A program made the position numbers and the translations under genes. Positions 33,398 to 47,460 of a stretch of 64,000 nt of DNA are shown piece after piece. The stretch is taken from assembly GCF_056712565.1 (NCBI RefSeq), contig NZ_CM160072.1; one strand, given 5' to 3'. The notes under the pieces are model-generated. The model saw only the letters and a list, made by a program, of their open reading frames with translations. It made no database searches and was not told the DNA's origin. Every line of letters begins with the position of its first letter. Position 1 is the first letter of the stretch.

Positions 33398-34057
33398 TTA
33401 TTGCAATTGCACAAGAGTCAGTTCTCCCCCAAAGACAGCACCGGTATCAATATAATGCAGGTTGCCAATATCCACGCGATGGCGCAAAGGTGTATGACCA
33501 AACCAGAAATGATCAGCACCTGCAATTCCCTGCCCTTTTTGGCGTTCACCTAATCGCGAGCGGCTCCACAAGACCTGATGCAAATCGACGTCCTTTTGCC
33601 ATTCATAGACATCATCTGGATAATCGGCATGAGCAATAACATGTTTGCCGGTGCGACTGTGTAATTCAAGAATAAAGGGCAAATGCTGACATTTTTCCAG
33701 CGCCGTTTTCGCTTGTTTCTGGTGATTATCTGCCAGCGCAATAAACCAGTCGCCGCCATTTATCAACCATAAAGACATCTGCCGGGATGCCAGCGCATCC
33801 ATCGCCATCTGTTCATGATTGCCTCTTACCGCACGAACCCAATGTTGTTCCAGTAACTGCAGGCAACGTAAACTTTGCGGCCCACGATCGATAACGTCTC
33901 CCACTGAGATAAGTAAATCTCGCCACGGATCAAAACGACAATGCCATAATTTGCGGCGCAACTGCTCAAGACAACCGTGTATATCGCCTGAAAGCCAGAT
34001 ATGTCGCCATTGATGACCCGCAATTCTCTGATAAACGGGCGCAGGCTGTTTCATCAA
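33398..34057 (-). CDS. pphA: Ser/Thr protein phosphatase 1 (PPP family)
   Basis: 219-aa ORF MMKQPAPVYQRIAGHQWRHIWLSGDIHGC...; metallophosphatase motifs GDIHG, GDVIDRG, GNHE. Confidence 0.85.
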   Translation of the reverse strand: MMKQPAPVYQRIAGHQWRHIWLSGDIHGCLEQLRRKLWHCRFDPWRDLLISVGDVIDRGPQSLRCLQLLEQHWVRAVRGNHEQMAMDALASRQMSLWLINGGDWFIALADNHQKQAKTALEKCQHLPFILELHSRTGKHVIAHADYPDDVYEWQKDVDLHQVLWSRSRLGERQKGQGIAGADHFWFGHTPLRHRVDIGNLHYIDTGAVFGGELTLVQLQ

Positions 34058-34188
34058 TATTTTCCTCCCGCGCTAAAGATCACATAATCTTAACAAGAAT
34101 GTTAAAAAACGCTGGACTCAGACAGTAGAGTGTGTGTTATGGTTGACTATAAAGTCAGCGAAGGGAATGCTTCTGGCTTTTAACAGAT

Positions 34189-34291
34189 AAAAAGAGACCG
34201 AACACGATTCCTGTATTCGGTCCAGGGAAATGGCTCTTGGGAGAGAGCCGTGCGCTAAAAGTTGGCATTAATGCAGGCTTAGTTGCCTTGC
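34189..34291 (-). ncRNA. sdsR: SdsR (RyeB) sigma-S-dependent Hfq-binding sRNA
   Basis: Minus strand reads GCAAGGCAACUAAGCCUGCAUUAAUGCCAACUUUUAGCGCACGGCUCUCUCCCAAGAGCCAUUUCCCUGGACCGAAUACAGGAAUCGUGUUCGGUCUCUUUUU; sigma-S-like -10 (TCTATTCTT) just upstream. Confidence 0.8.
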
Positions 34292-34377
34292 TCTTTAAGA
34301 ATAGATGACGACGCCAGGTTTTCCAGTTTGCGTGCAAAATGGTCAATAAAAAGCGTGGTGGTCATCAGCTTAAATGT

Positions 34378-34419
34378 TAAAAACCGCCCGTTCTGGTGAA
34401 AGAACTGAGGCGGTTTTTT
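34378..34419. terminator. Bidirectional terminator (ryeA on plus strand, yebY on minus strand)
   Basis: AAAACCGCC...GGCGGTTTTTT with inner GTTC/GAAC stem; A- and T-tracts on both sides. Confidence 0.55.
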
Positions 34420-34448
34420 ATTGGAAATCAAAAGGCTATTTTAGGTAA

Positions 34449-34790
34449 TTAACAGAGTTTTTCAGCTCGCTCTATAAACGGTGCCAGACTCATTTTTTCG
34501 CCGGGATTGTTAGGATCATCAATCTGAATCACCGAAATGGGTTGGGCTTTAGTCTTCCCACTGGCAACTTCCTTTTGTGCGATATCGTTTAAAGGATACT
34601 GCACGAGGGTACTTGGGTTAATGACATACAAAGCATTACCCGGTCGGCAAGTCAACATCACCTCTTCGCGATTAAACGCCCATTTGTCTTTACCCACTTC
34701 AAAACGGCTGACGGTAATCACCTGCGGTGCCGCCAGCGCAGCTGCAGAACTGGTGAGTAACAGAAACGCCAGAATACTTTTTCTCATCAT
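34449..34790 (-). CDS. yebY: Secreted DUF2511 protein YebY
   Basis: 113-aa [26 protein letters not shown]... with signal peptide. Confidence 0.75.
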   Translation of the reverse strand: MMRKSILAFLLLTSSAAALAAPQVITVSRFEVGKDKWAFNREEVMLTCRPGNALYVINPSTLVQYPLNDIAQKEVASGKTKAQPISVIQIDDPNNPGEKMSLAPFIERAEKLC

Positions 34791-34802
34791 TTTCGTAATC
34801 CA

Positions 34803-35675
34803 TCAAAAAGGTTCGAGAGTCGCAAGCAGGCTGATGATCACCAGCACTACCGCACCTATCGCCCATTCGAGTTTAGTCATCCAGACAAACCAGGGAGCCG
34901 CACGATCTTCATCCTGCCTCATGCGCGGTACAAGAACATAACGATTAGCCAGCGCGATGACCACCATAATCATCACCAGGATGGCTTTGAGCAATAAGAG
35001 TTGGCCCCAGTAAGTCGTAAGCGTGGGGGGAAATCCGGTAATCAACAATGCATTAAGCACGCCGCTTGCCAGTACGCCGATCACCGCAAAATGCCCGCAC
35101 CAGGAAAAACGCATCAGCGCCTGAATAGCCTGGTGTCGCCAACGGCCTTTGATGAGTTGCATACACCAGAGCACCGGCAGTAATCCCCCAAACCACGCCG
35201 CCGCACAGATCAGGTGAATTGCGTGATTAGTCTGATGGATTTTCGCCGTTACCCCTTCATTCAACGTCGCATGCCCGACTCCCGCCAGCAGAATAAATTG
35301 CGCGGTAGTGAGCATAAACAGCAAACGTGGCATATTCCGCGGTTGCATAAGGGCGACGATCAATGTTACGAGGGCGAGAACAATTTGCCATAACCAGACG
35401 CCACCAAACTGCGTTTGCAAAACAGCCAGCCAAATGTTTGGCGAAAATACATCTGACCATCCCGTTCCCATCAACCCGCCCTGAACGGCGAGCATTGCAG
35501 TGGCACTGATCAAACTCCAGACGGCAGCGTGCTGTTGTAAACGCAGAAAACGCTTCGTCAGCAAGCGACGAATCGTTAAGGGGGCCAGCCAGGCACCGTA
35601 CATTGCGAAGCCAAAAACCAGCATCAGCGAGGTGAAATGGATAAATCGCAGCGCGATCCAGGTAAACGCCAGCAT
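34803..35675 (-). CDS. yebZ: CopD-family inner-membrane protein YebZ
   Basis: 290-aa polytopic ORF MLAFTWIALRFIHFTSLMLVFGFAMYG... Confidence 0.8.
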   Translation of the reverse strand: MLAFTWIALRFIHFTSLMLVFGFAMYGAWLAPLTIRRLLTKRFLRLQQHAAVWSLISATAMLAVQGGLMGTGWSDVFSPNIWLAVLQTQFGGVWLWQIVLALVTLIVALMQPRNMPRLLFMLTTAQFILLAGVGHATLNEGVTAKIHQTNHAIHLICAAAWFGGLLPVLWCMQLIKGRWRHQAIQALMRFSWCGHFAVIGVLASGVLNALLITGFPPTLTTYWGQLLLLKAILVMIMVVIALANRYVLVPRMRQDEDRAAPWFVWMTKLEWAIGAVVLVIISLLATLEPF

Positions 35676-35678
35676 GAT

Positions 35679-36053
35679 TTATTTCACACTAAAGGTGTAA
35701 TGTCCTTTCGTTTTATGCCCATCCACCGAAACAACATGCCAGTCAACGGTGTAGGTTCCGGGTTTCAGCGAATCGGCCAGTGGAACAATCAGTTGCTTTT
35801 GGTCCTGCTCATTCCGCTTCGCCGGTAATGTTTTAATATTTTCGTTTTTTGGCCCCGTGATTTTTGCACCACTGAATCCTGTTTCAACGCCTTCCGAGAA
35901 GTTTAAAGTGATTGCCTGCGGAGCTGCTGTCACTTGTGCATTTGCCGCAGGATACTGATGCGTTAAATGCGCATGTGCCCAGACGGAAGGTGTCACCAAC
36001 GAAGTGGTCAGGATTGCCAGCGCGTAGCGAAGGGAGCGTGCAGTTGAAGCCAT
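35679..36053 (-). CDS. yobA: CopC-family periplasmic copper-binding protein YobA
   Basis: 124-aa ORF with signal peptide and His-rich mature N-terminus (HAHLTHQ); 3 nt upstream of yebZ. Confidence 0.8.
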   Translation of the reverse strand: MASTARSLRYALAILTTSLVTPSVWAHAHLTHQYPAANAQVTAAPQAITLNFSEGVETGFSGAKITGPKNENIKTLPAKRNEQDQKQLIVPLADSLKPGTYTVDWHVVSVDGHKTKGHYTFSVK

Positions 36054-36191
36054 ATTATCTATTCCTTTTTGTAATAACTTTTTTACAGAGCATAACCTTG
36101 TCTAATGTCTGAGTCGAGGATCATCAATTCCGGCTTGCCATCAAGGCTCACTCTTAGTAACTTTTGCCCGCGAATGATGAGGAGATTAAGA

Positions 36192-36422
36192 ATGCTGAAG
36201 AATCTGGCTAAACTGGATCAAACAGAAATGGATAAAGTGAATGTCGATTTGGCGGCGGCAGGGGTGGCATTTAAAGAACGCTACAATATGCCGGTGATCG
36301 CTGAAGCGGTTGAACGTGAACAGCCTGAACATTTGCGCAGCTGGTTTCGCGAGCGGCTTATCGCCCACCGTTTGGCTTCGGTCAATCTGTCACGTTTACC
36401 TTACGAGCCCAAACTTAAATAA
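36192..36422 (+). CDS. holE: DNA polymerase III theta subunit
   Basis: ORF-track frame 36105..36422; recognised start [35 protein letters not shown] (36192). Confidence 0.85.
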
Positions 36423-36523
36423 AACTTATACATAGTTACACTTTCTTACATAACGCCTGCTAAATTATGAGTATTTTCTAAACCGCACCCATAATTTGCA
36501 GTCATTTTGAAAAGGAAGTCATT

Positions 36524-37180
36524 ATGTCGTTCTGGAAAGTTGCAGCAGCGCAATATGAGCCCCGTAAAACCTCACTCACCGAACAGGTAGCTCATCATCT
36601 GGAGTTTGTGAGGGCCGCCGCCAGGCAACAATGTCAGCTGTTAGTTTTTCCATCGCTTTCTTTACTGGGGTGTGATTATTCGCGACGTGCCCTTCCTGCC
36701 CCACCCGATCTCTCGCTATTAGACCCGCTTTGTTATGCCGCAACGACCTGGCGAATGACCATCATTGCCGGCCTTCCCGTTGAATATAACGATCGCTTTA
36801 TTCGTGGAATTGCGGTATTCGCACCGTGGCGAAAAACGCCAGGGATCTACCATCAGAGTTATGGTGCATGTCTGGGCCGTCGTTCCAGAACCATCACGGT
36901 GGTCGATGAACAACCGCAAGGTATGGATATGGACCCGACCTGTTCACTGTTTACGACAGGGCAATGTCTGGGAGAACCCGACCTGCTGGCGTCGGCCCGT
37001 CGCTTACAATTTTTTTCACATCAGTACTCGATTGCAGTGCTGATGGCAAATGCCCGTGGTAACAGTGCACTATGGGATGAACATGGTCGTCTCATCGTTC
37101 GCGCCGATCGTGGTTCATTATTGTTAGTCGGTCAGCGTTCATCACAGGGTTGGCAAGGCGATATCATTCCATTACGCTAG
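36524..37180 (+). CDS. yobB: Carbon-nitrogen hydrolase-family protein YobB
   Basis: 218-aa ORF MSFWKVAAAQYEPRKTSLTEQVAHHLEF... Confidence 0.7.
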   Translation: MSFWKVAAAQYEPRKTSLTEQVAHHLEFVRAAARQQCQLLVFPSLSLLGCDYSRRALPAPPDLSLLDPLCYAATTWRMTIIAGLPVEYNDRFIRGIAVFAPWRKTPGIYHQSYGACLGRRSRTITVVDEQPQGMDMDPTCSLFTTGQCLGEPDLLASARRLQFFSHQYSIAVLMANARGNSALWDEHGRLIVRADRGSLLLVGQRSSQGWQGDIIPLR

Positions 37181-37202
37181 GCTTTTCGGCCTGGAGCATG
37201 CC

Positions 37203-39949
<2,747 letters not shown>

Positions 39950-40130
39950 TTATAAGGGTGGCAAAACTCACCGGGGATGCAAGCGAAACAGGGTAGTCAT
40001 TGCTTAGATGATGACAGGTAATGGCGCGGATATCGACTGTTATGCAGACAGAGAAAATCAGCCTGTTCAAATGGCTGTGCGGTTCTGGATAACCCGAAAT
40101 AGTCAACTTCAGGCTATCCAGAGAGCGGAA

Positions 40131-40790
40131 TTACTCCGCCAAAGTACGTTTTTGCTGTTCGAGATCGCGTTCAATGCCTTCACGAACATCCTGGGGGATT
40201 TTCAGCGCATCACCCAGTGCATTCAGGTAACTGCGTTCCATAAAATGGTCAATATCAATAGCCGCGCAGCTCAGGAAATAGATTTCCAGCGCCTCTTCTT
40301 CATTGCGGACCCCGGTAGCCAGGCGTTGTGGATCCAGCGGTTGTTCGATTGCCTGCTCAATGAGTACACGCCCCTTCTCTTCCACACCGGCTTCTCGCAA
40401 TTGCTGGTCGATTGCCGCACGTTCTTTGGCATCAATATGACCATCACTTTTAGCGGCAAAGACCAGCGCAAGGATCAAACGTTCCGTACGCTCATCCAGC
40501 GGCGTACTTTGCGCGCCAAACTGCGGTTCATCCTGATGCGCCGCGCGAATTTTATCTTTGTATTTATTCCACAGCACCGTACCCGCTACCGCTCCGCCGC
40601 CAACCAGTAACGCGTTTGTGCCATATTTCGTAAGAAGTTTACGTGCTGATTTATTTGCGACCAGCAGCCCAGCCAGTCCGCCTAATGCGCCAGGCACTAA
40701 AAGTTTGCCCAATCCCTGATCCGCAGACGAGGAGGTAGAAGAACGGCTTTGCCCAAGCAGGGATTGCAGTTGATTTAACCAGTTAGCCAT
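40131..40790 (-). CDS. yebE: DUF533 inner-membrane protein YebE
   Basis: 219-aa [32 protein letters not shown]... Confidence 0.75.
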   Translation of the reverse strand: MANWLNQLQSLLGQSRSSTSSSADQGLGKLLVPGALGGLAGLLVANKSARKLLTKYGTNALLVGGGAVAGTVLWNKYKDKIRAAHQDEPQFGAQSTPLDERTERLILALVFAAKSDGHIDAKERAAIDQQLREAGVEEKGRVLIEQAIEQPLDPQRLATGVRNEEEALEIYFLSCAAIDIDHFMERSYLNALGDALKIPQDVREGIERDLEQQKRTLAE

Positions 40791-41116
40791 ATTTGCTCCT
40801 CAATAACCATTTTTAGTGCCTGTAGCATAGCGGATGAGGATGTCAGAAAATGTATATTGAGACAAAAGATGCGCAAATAAGCGGGGCGGTAGGCCGTTAT
40901 TCAAAGAAATTCGCGCCAGGTAAGGTGTTCACTGTATATAAGGTGATAAGGGTATTTTAGGTGAAAGTAGTTTGACGTTTTGAGTGGAACTGTTTGATGC
41001 TGATTGCCCGGTTCGACGCTGCTGCGTCTTCTCAGGACTACGATTGTGTTGCGTTGTAGGGCGGACAAGGCACTCGCGCCGTATCCGCCAACGGTCAATC
41101 GAATTATCAGAAGCCA

Positions 41117-41521
<405 letters not shown>

Positions 41522-41539
41522 TCAGGAGCGCAAGTTGCT

Positions 41540-41830
41540 TCAGGCCGCGTGTGAGGCATCTTCCTCTTCGGATTCAGCACCGACGACCTGTGGGGACGGT
41601 AATTTGCCGGTTTTCAGAATGGTGCTCAGCACATCTTTTTGTTCTGCCAGCCATAGCGAAAGGGCTTCACGTTGCTCATCTTCCATTTGCACTGGAGAAT
41701 TTGTCAGCCAGGTGTCAAGCAGATCGGCCGTATCAAGCATCTTGTCATAAGCATCGGCTTCCTTTTTGCTGGTAAACGACATTTTCTCTTCGCCCTCACG
41801 AATGACTACGTATTTAACTTCAACCGCCAT
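41540..41830 (-). CDS. yebG: SOS-inducible DNA-damage protein YebG
   Basis: 96-aa ORF MAVEVKYVVIREGEEKMSFTSKKEADAYDKMLDTADLL...; LexA box immediately upstream. Confidence 0.8.
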   Translation of the reverse strand: MAVEVKYVVIREGEEKMSFTSKKEADAYDKMLDTADLLDTWLTNSPVQMEDEQREALSLWLAEQKDVLSTILKTGKLPSPQVVGAESEEEDASHAA

Positions 41831-41847
41831 TTGCAGCCTCTCATAAT

Positions 41848-41867
41848 AACTGTGATTTTATACAGTA
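41848..41867. promoter_or_regulatory. LexA (SOS) box in yebG promoter
   Basis: AACTGTGATTTTATACAGTA: CTG-N10-CAG with AT-rich core, 18 nt upstream of yebG start. Confidence 0.75.
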
Positions 41868-41910
41868 TATTTATTTTCAGCTGGGAAATCAACATCAGCA
41901 ATAAAGACAC

Positions 41911-41926
41911 GCGCAAACGTTTTCGT
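41911..41926. promoter_or_regulatory. PurR operator in purT promoter
   Basis: GCGCAAACGTTTTCGT matches PurR consensus aCGCAAACGTTTtCnT, about 40 nt upstream of purT ATG. Confidence 0.7.
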
Positions 41927-41963
41927 TTATACTGCGCGCGGAATTAATCAGGGGATATTCGTT

Positions 41964-43142
41964 ATGACGTTATTAGGCACTGCGCTGCGTCCGGCAGCAA
42001 CTCGCGTGATGTTATTAGGCTCCGGTGAACTGGGTAAAGAAGTGGCAATCGAGTGTCAGCGTCTCGGCGTAGAGGTGATTGCCGTCGATCGCTATGCCGA
42101 CGCACCAGCCATGCATGTCGCGCATCGCTCCCATGTCATTAATATGCTTGATGGTGATGCATTACGCCGTGTGGTTGAACTGGAAAAACCACATTATATC
42201 GTGCCGGAGATCGAAGCTATTGCCACCGATATGCTGATCCAACTTGAAGAGGAAGGACTGAATGTTGTCCCCTGCGCTCGCGCAACGAAATTAACGATGA
42301 ATCGCGAGGGTATCCGTCGCCTGGCGGCAGAAGAGCTGCAGCTGCCCACTTCCACTTATCGTTTTGCCGATAGCGAAAACCTTTTCCGCGAAGCGGTTGC
42401 CGCCATTGGCTACCCCTGTATTGTTAAACCGGTGATGAGTTCTTCCGGTAAAGGGCAGACGTTTATTCGTTCTGCAGAGCAACTTGCTCATGCATGGGAG
42501 TACGCTCAGCAAGGTGGTCGCGCCGGAGCGGGCCGCGTAATTGTTGAAGGCGTCGTTAAGTTTGACTTCGAAATTACCCTGCTAACCGTCAGCGCGGTGG
42601 ATGGCGTCCATTTCTGTGCACCGGTAGGTCATCGCCAGGAAGATGGCGACTATCGTGAATCCTGGCAACCACAGCAAATGAGCCCGCTTGCCCTTGAACG
42701 TGCGCAGGAGATTGCCCGTAAAGTGGTGCTGGCACTGGGCGGTTATGGGCTGTTTGGTGTCGAGCTGTTTGTCTGCGGTGATGAGGTGATTTTCAGTGAA
42801 GTCTCCCCTCGCCCGCATGACACCGGGATGGTGACGCTAATTTCTCAGGATCTCTCGGAGTTTGCCCTGCATGTACGTGCCTTCCTCGGACTTCCGGTTG
42901 GCGGGATCCGCCAGTATGGTCCTGCTGCTTCTGCCGTTATCCTGCCGCAACTGACCAGTCAGAATGTCACGTTTGATAATGTGCAGAATGCCGTAGGCGC
43001 AGATTTGCAGATTCGTTTATTTGGTAAGCCGGAAATTGATGGCAGCCGTCGTCTGGGGGTAGCACTGGCTACTGCAGAGAGTGTTGTTGACGCCATTGAA
43101 CGCGCGAAGCACGCCGCCGGACAGGTAAAAGTACAGGGTTAA
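41964..43142 (+). CDS. purT: Formate-dependent phosphoribosylglycinamide formyltransferase 2
   Basis: 392-aa ATP-grasp [33 protein letters not shown]... Confidence 0.9.
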   Translation: MTLLGTALRPAATRVMLLGSGELGKEVAIECQRLGVEVIAVDRYADAPAMHVAHRSHVINMLDGDALRRVVELEKPHYIVPEIEAIATDMLIQLEEEGLNVVPCARATKLTMNREGIRRLAAEELQLPTSTYRFADSENLFREAVAAIGYPCIVKPVMSSSGKGQTFIRSAEQLAHAWEYAQQGGRAGAGRVIVEGVVKFDFEITLLTVSAVDGVHFCAPVGHRQEDGDYRESWQPQQMSPLALERAQEIARKVVLALGGYGLFGVELFVCGDEVIFSEVSPRPHDTGMVTLISQDLSEFALHVRAFLGLPVGGIRQYGPAASAVILPQLTSQNVTFDNVQNAVGADLQIRLFGKPEIDGSRRLGVALATAESVVDAIERAKHAAGQVKVQG

Positions 43143-43162
43143 ACCCGGCCAAAAAACGCTAC

Positions 43163-43197
43163 AAAAATGCCCGATCCTCGATCGGGCATTTTGACTT
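43163..43197. terminator. Bidirectional terminator between convergent purT and eda
   Basis: AAAAATGCCCGATC-ctc-GATCGGGCATTTTGACTTTT. Confidence 0.7.
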
Positions 43198-43839
43198 TTA
43201 CAGCTTAGCGCCTTCTACAGCTTCACGCGCCAGCTTAGTAATGCGGTCGTAATCGCCCGCTTCCAGCGCATCTGCCGGAACCAGCCAGGAACCACCGATG
43301 CACAGCACGCTTTTCAGCGCCAGGTAGTCACGGTAGTTAGCCGGAGAAATACCACCTGTCGGGCAGAAACGGACCTGAGAGAACGGACCCGCGATCGCCT
43401 GCAGGGCTTTCACACCGCCGTTAGCTTCAGCCGGGAAGAATTTGAACTCTTTCAAACCGTAGTCCATACCCAGCATCAGTTCGGAAACAGTGCTGATCCC
43501 CGGAATCAGAGGAATAGTCCCTTCGGTAGCAGCTTTCAGCAGCGGCTCGGTCAGACCCGGGCTAATTGCAAACTGTGCACCTGCTTCAGTGACTTCTGCC
43601 AGCTGCTGTGGATTCAGCACCGTACCGGCACCCACAATCGCTTCAGGCACTTCTTTGGCGATAGCACGGATAGCGTCAACTGCGCACTCGGTACGCAGAG
43701 TCACTTCCAGAACGCGCACCCCACCAGCAACCAACGCTTTTGCCATCGGCACCGCGTGTTCCAGTTTTTTTACCACGATAACCGGTACAACCGGGCCGGT
43801 GGTCAGGATTGATTCTGCACTTGTTTTCCAGTTTTTCAT
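43198..43839 (-). CDS. eda: KHG/KDPG aldolase
   Basis: 213-aa [43 protein letters not shown]... Confidence 0.9.
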
Positions 43840-43875
43840 CAGAGTTTTCTCTCGCCTGATTACAAATTTGTCGTC

Positions 43876-45687
43876 TTAAAAAGTGATACAGGTTGCGCCC
43901 TGTTCGGCACCGGACAGTTTTTCACGCAAGGCGCTGAATAATTCACGTCCTGTTCCCACGCGTGACGCGCTCAGGTCAGGAATGTGCGGTTCGCGAGCAG
44001 CCAGTTCCGCTTCGTCTACCAGCAGCGTCAGTTCGCCTGTCTGTCCATTCACACGAATGATGTCCCCGTCGCGCACTTTTGCCAGCAGCCCGCCATCGTA
44101 GGCCTCTGGTGTTACGTGGATAGCTGACGGCACTTTACCTGAAGCGCCGGAGAGTCGTCCATCGGTAACTAACGCAATTTTGAAACACCGGTCCAATAAT
44201 ACACCAAGTGGCGGCATGAGTTTATGTAATTCTGGCATTCCGTTCGCTTTTGGCCCCTGATGACGGACAACAACGACACAATCGCGGTCCAGTAAACCCG
44301 CTTCAAAGGCCGGCATAACGTCATGCTGGCTTTCAAAAACAACCGCTGGCGCTTCAATCACCTGGTTCTCTACCGGCACGGCAGAGGTTTTCATAACCGC
44401 TCGCCCCAGGTTACCGCTTAACACTTTTGTCCCACCATGATGAGAGAAAGGTTGTTCGAAGGACGCGATCACATTGTTGTCGAGTGATTTTTCTGCCCCT
44501 TCCCGCCAGTCCAGTTCACCATTATTCAGCCATGGTTCAAGGGTATAACGAGACAGACCAAAACCTGCCACCGTATTGACATCTTCATGCAGCAGGCCTG
44601 CTTTGAGCAGTTCACGTACCAGAACCGGTACGCCACCTGCCGCCTGGAAGTGGTTAATATCGGCCGGACCGTTCGGGTAGAGACGTGCCATCAGCGGTAC
44701 AACATCAGAAAGGTCAGAGAAGTCATCCCAGTTAATCTGAATACCGGCTGCGCGCGCCATCGCCACCAGGTGCATGGTGTGGTTAGTGGAACCACCGGTC
44801 GCCAGCAGTGCAACGATACCGTTCACCACCACTTTCTCATCGATCATCTTACCGATCGGCATCCATTCATTACCATTACCGGTCATGCGCGTAACCTGGC
44901 GCGCAGCTGCAGCGGTCAAAGCATCGCGCAGCGGAGAATCCGGATGAACAAAAGAAGAGCCTGGCAACTGCATCCCCATAAACTCCACCACCATCTGGTT
45001 GGTGTTGGCAGTACCGTAGAAAGTACATGTTCCCGGCGCATGATAAGACGCGGCTTCTGACTCCAGTAATGCCATGCGGTCCACTTTACCTTCGGCATAA
45101 AGCTGGCGAATACGCACTTTTTCTTTATTTGGCAAACCGCTTGCCATCGGTCCAGACGGCACAAACACCGCAGGCAAATGACCAAACGACAGGGCTGCCA
45201 TGGTCAGACCTGGGACAATCTTGTCGCACACACCGAGAAACAGAGCACCATCAAACATGTTATGGGACAGCCCCACCGCCGCAGACATCGCAATCACTTC
45301 GCGGCTTAACAGCGACAATTCCATTCCATCCTGCCCCTGGGTGACACCATCACACATCGCCGGAACACCGCCCGCAACCTGACCAACCGCATTCGCTTCA
45401 TGCAGGGCTTTACGAATGATTTCCGGATAGTGTTCATAAGGCTGGTGAGCGGAGAGCATGTCGTTATAGGAGGTGATGATGGCGATATTGTTACGCAACA
45501 TGCTTTTCAAAGAGGCTTTGTCTTCTGGCTGGCAGGCAGCGAAACCGTGTGCCAGGTTACCGCATGCCAACTGCGAACGATGAACGGTCGAAGTTTTCGC
45601 TTGTTCTATCCGGGCGAGGTAAGCAGAGCGAGTCTCGCGCGAACGTTCAATGATTCGATTTGTTACGCGTAACAATTGTGGATTCAT
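43876..45687 (-). CDS. edd: Phosphogluconate dehydratase (Entner-Doudoroff)
   Basis: ORF-track frame 43876..45753; recognised start [25 protein letters not shown] (45687); IlvD/Edd family. Confidence 0.9.
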   Translation of the reverse strand: MNPQLLRVTNRIIERSRETRSAYLARIEQAKTSTVHRSQLACGNLAHGFAACQPEDKASLKSMLRNNIAIITSYNDMLSAHQPYEHYPEIIRKALHEANAVGQVAGGVPAMCDGVTQGQDGMELSLLSREVIAMSAAVGLSHNMFDGALFLGVCDKIVPGLTMAALSFGHLPAVFVPSGPMASGLPNKEKVRIRQLYAEGKVDRMALLESEAASYHAPGTCTFYGTANTNQMVVEFMGMQLPGSSFVHPDSPLRDALTAAAARQVTRMTGNGNEWMPIGKMIDEKVVVNGIVALLATGGSTNHTMHLVAMARAAGIQINWDDFSDLSDVVPLMARLYPNGPADINHFQAAGGVPVLVRELLKAGLLHEDVNTVAGFGLSRYTLEPWLNNGELDWREGAEKSLDNNVIASFEQPFSHHGGTKVLSGNLGRAVMKTSAVPVENQVIEAPAVVFESQHDVMPAFEAGLLDRDCVVVVRHQGPKANGMPELHKLMPPLGVLLDRCFKIALVTDGRLSGASGKVPSAIHVTPEAYDGGLLAKVRDGDIIRVNGQTGELTLLVDEAELAAREPHIPDLSASRVGTGRELFSALREKLSGAEQGATCITF

Positions 45688-45808
45688 AAAGGCTCCTGAA
45701 ATTGAGTTGTCAGAGCAGGATGATTCACAACACGTTTCATTCAGAGGATTCATGACTGAAACGCCTGTAACCGGAGCTCATAGGGCAAAAACGTTTCAGT
45801 CAGTGTAA

Positions 45809-45843
45809 TAAAAAAAGCCTCGTGGGTGAATCCGCACGAGGCC
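45809..45843 (-). terminator. Rho-independent terminator after zwf
   Basis: Minus strand: GCCTCGTGCGGATTCACCCACGAGGC hairpin followed by TTTTTTTAT. Confidence 0.65.
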
Positions 45844-45921
45844 TGAAAGTGTAAAAATTGTTCTACAATCTGTGCAAGATCATGTTACCGGTAAAATAAC
45901 CATAAAGGATAAGCCCAGATA

Positions 45922-47397
45922 TTACTCAAACTCATTCCAGGAACGACCGTCACGGGTAATCATCGCCACCGAGGCAACGGGGCCCCAGGTTCCGGCCTGA
46001 TACGGTTTCGGCGCATCATTGTCCATCGCCCACGCCTCAGTAATGGAGTCTACCCATTTCCAGGCTTCTTCCACTTCATCACGACGTACAAACAGTGCCT
46101 GAATACCACGCATGGTTTCCAGCAGCAGACGTTCATAGGCATCTGCCAGATGCGTTTGATTAAAGGTTTCTGAATAGCTCAGATCCAGCTTGGTGATTTG
46201 CAGGTTATGTTTGTGGTCAAGGCCAGGAACTTTATTCAGTACCTGGATATCCACGCCTTCATCAGGTTGCAGACGGATAGTCAGTTTATTCTGCGGCAGA
46301 TCCTGCCACGACTCTTTAAACAGATTCAGTTCAGGTGTTTTGAAATAGACCACGACTTCAGAACATTTGGTCGGCAGACGTTTACCAGTACGCAGGTAGA
46401 ATGGCACACCGGCCCAGCGCCAGTTATCAATGTCGATGCGGATCGCCACGAAGGTTTCTGTATTGCTGCTCTTGTTCGCGCCCTCTTCTTCCAGATAGCC
46501 CGGCACTTTTTTGCCCTGAGCGAAGCCCGCAGTATATTGCCCGCGTACAGTTTTTTCGCGCACGTTGGAGCGGTCGATGCGGCGCAGAGACTTCAGTACT
46601 TTCACTTTTTCATCGCGGATGCTGTCTGCGCTCAGGTCAGACGGCGGAGACATCGCAATCATGCAAAGAATTTGCAGCAGGTGGTTCTGGATCATGTCGC
46701 GCATCTGACCGGCTTTATCAAAATAGCCCCAGCGCCCTTCGATCCCCACTTCTTCTGCCACGGTAATCTCAACATGATCAATGGTGCGATTGTCCCAGTT
46801 GTTCACAAACAGAGAGTTAGCAAAACGCAGCGCCAACAGGTTCAGCACTGTTTCTTTACCAAGATAGTGGTCGATACGGTAAACCTGGCACTCCTCGAAG
46901 TATTCGCCAACCTGATCGTTGATTTCCTGCGAGGTCGCCAGCGACGTCCCCAGCGGTTTCTCCATGACTACGCGTGCCGGTTTAGCATTCAGTTTTGCCT
47001 CACCAAGCCCTTTGCAAATTGCGCCAAAAGTGCTGGGCGGCATGGCAAAGTAGTTAATGGTGATACGATTTTTTTGATCCAGCATCGCGCCGAGACGGCT
47101 GAATGCAGCAGTGTCATTGACATCAAGATTACAAAAATCCAGACGTGCACTCAGGGTGTCCCATAAACCTTCATCAATGGTTTCTTTCATGAAAGTTTCG
47201 AGCGCCTCGCGGACAACTTTGGTATAAGCCGCTTTATCCCAGTCAGCACGCCCTACGCCGATAATCCGGGTGTCCGGGTTGAGCTGACCGGCTTTTTCCA
47301 GTTGATACAGGGAAGGCAGCAATTTACGACGCGCAAGGTCGCCTTTCGCGCCGAAAATGACCAGGTCACAGGCCTGGGCTGTTTGCGTTACCGCCAT
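45922..47397 (-). CDS. zwf: Glucose-6-phosphate 1-dehydrogenase
   Basis: 491-aa [35 protein letters not shown]...; active-site motif RIDHYLGKE. Confidence 0.9.
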   Translation of the reverse strand: MAVTQTAQACDLVIFGAKGDLARRKLLPSLYQLEKAGQLNPDTRIIGVGRADWDKAAYTKVVREALETFMKETIDEGLWDTLSARLDFCNLDVNDTAAFSRLGAMLDQKNRITINYFAMPPSTFGAICKGLGEAKLNAKPARVVMEKPLGTSLATSQEINDQVGEYFEECQVYRIDHYLGKETVLNLLALRFANSLFVNNWDNRTIDHVEITVAEEVGIEGRWGYFDKAGQMRDMIQNHLLQILCMIAMSPPSDLSADSIRDEKVKVLKSLRRIDRSNVREKTVRGQYTAGFAQGKKVPGYLEEEGANKSSNTETFVAIRIDIDNWRWAGVPFYLRTGKRLPTKCSEVVVYFKTPELNLFKESWQDLPQNKLTIRLQPDEGVDIQVLNKVPGLDHKHNLQITKLDLSYSETFNQTHLADAYERLLLETMRGIQALFVRRDEVEEAWKWVDSITEAWAMDNDAPKPYQAGTWGPVASVAMITRDGRSWNEFE

Positions 47398-47445
47398 GTC
47401 ATTCTCCTTAAGTTAACTAACCCGGTACTTAAGCCAGGGTATACT

Positions 47446-47460
47446 TGTAATTTTCTTACG
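47446..47460. promoter_or_regulatory. Candidate HexR operator (TGTAAT-N-TTACG half-palindrome) in zwf promoter
   Basis: TGTAATTTTCTTACG about 50 nt upstream of zwf start; resembles TGTAAT...ATTACA-type HexR motifs, which I recall only approximately. Confidence 0.3.

Larger units (their letters stand above)
34170..34422 (+). ncRNA. ryeA: RyeA (SraC) sRNA, antisense partner encompassing sdsR; ends approximate
   Basis: Inferred from position opposite sdsR and the plus-strand terminator at 34378-34419; 5' end not determined from sequence. Confidence 0.4.

Noticed and set aside
46198-47166. 322-aa plus-strand ORF
   Set aside because: Fully antisense to zwf, a strongly recognisable gene; shadow ORF.
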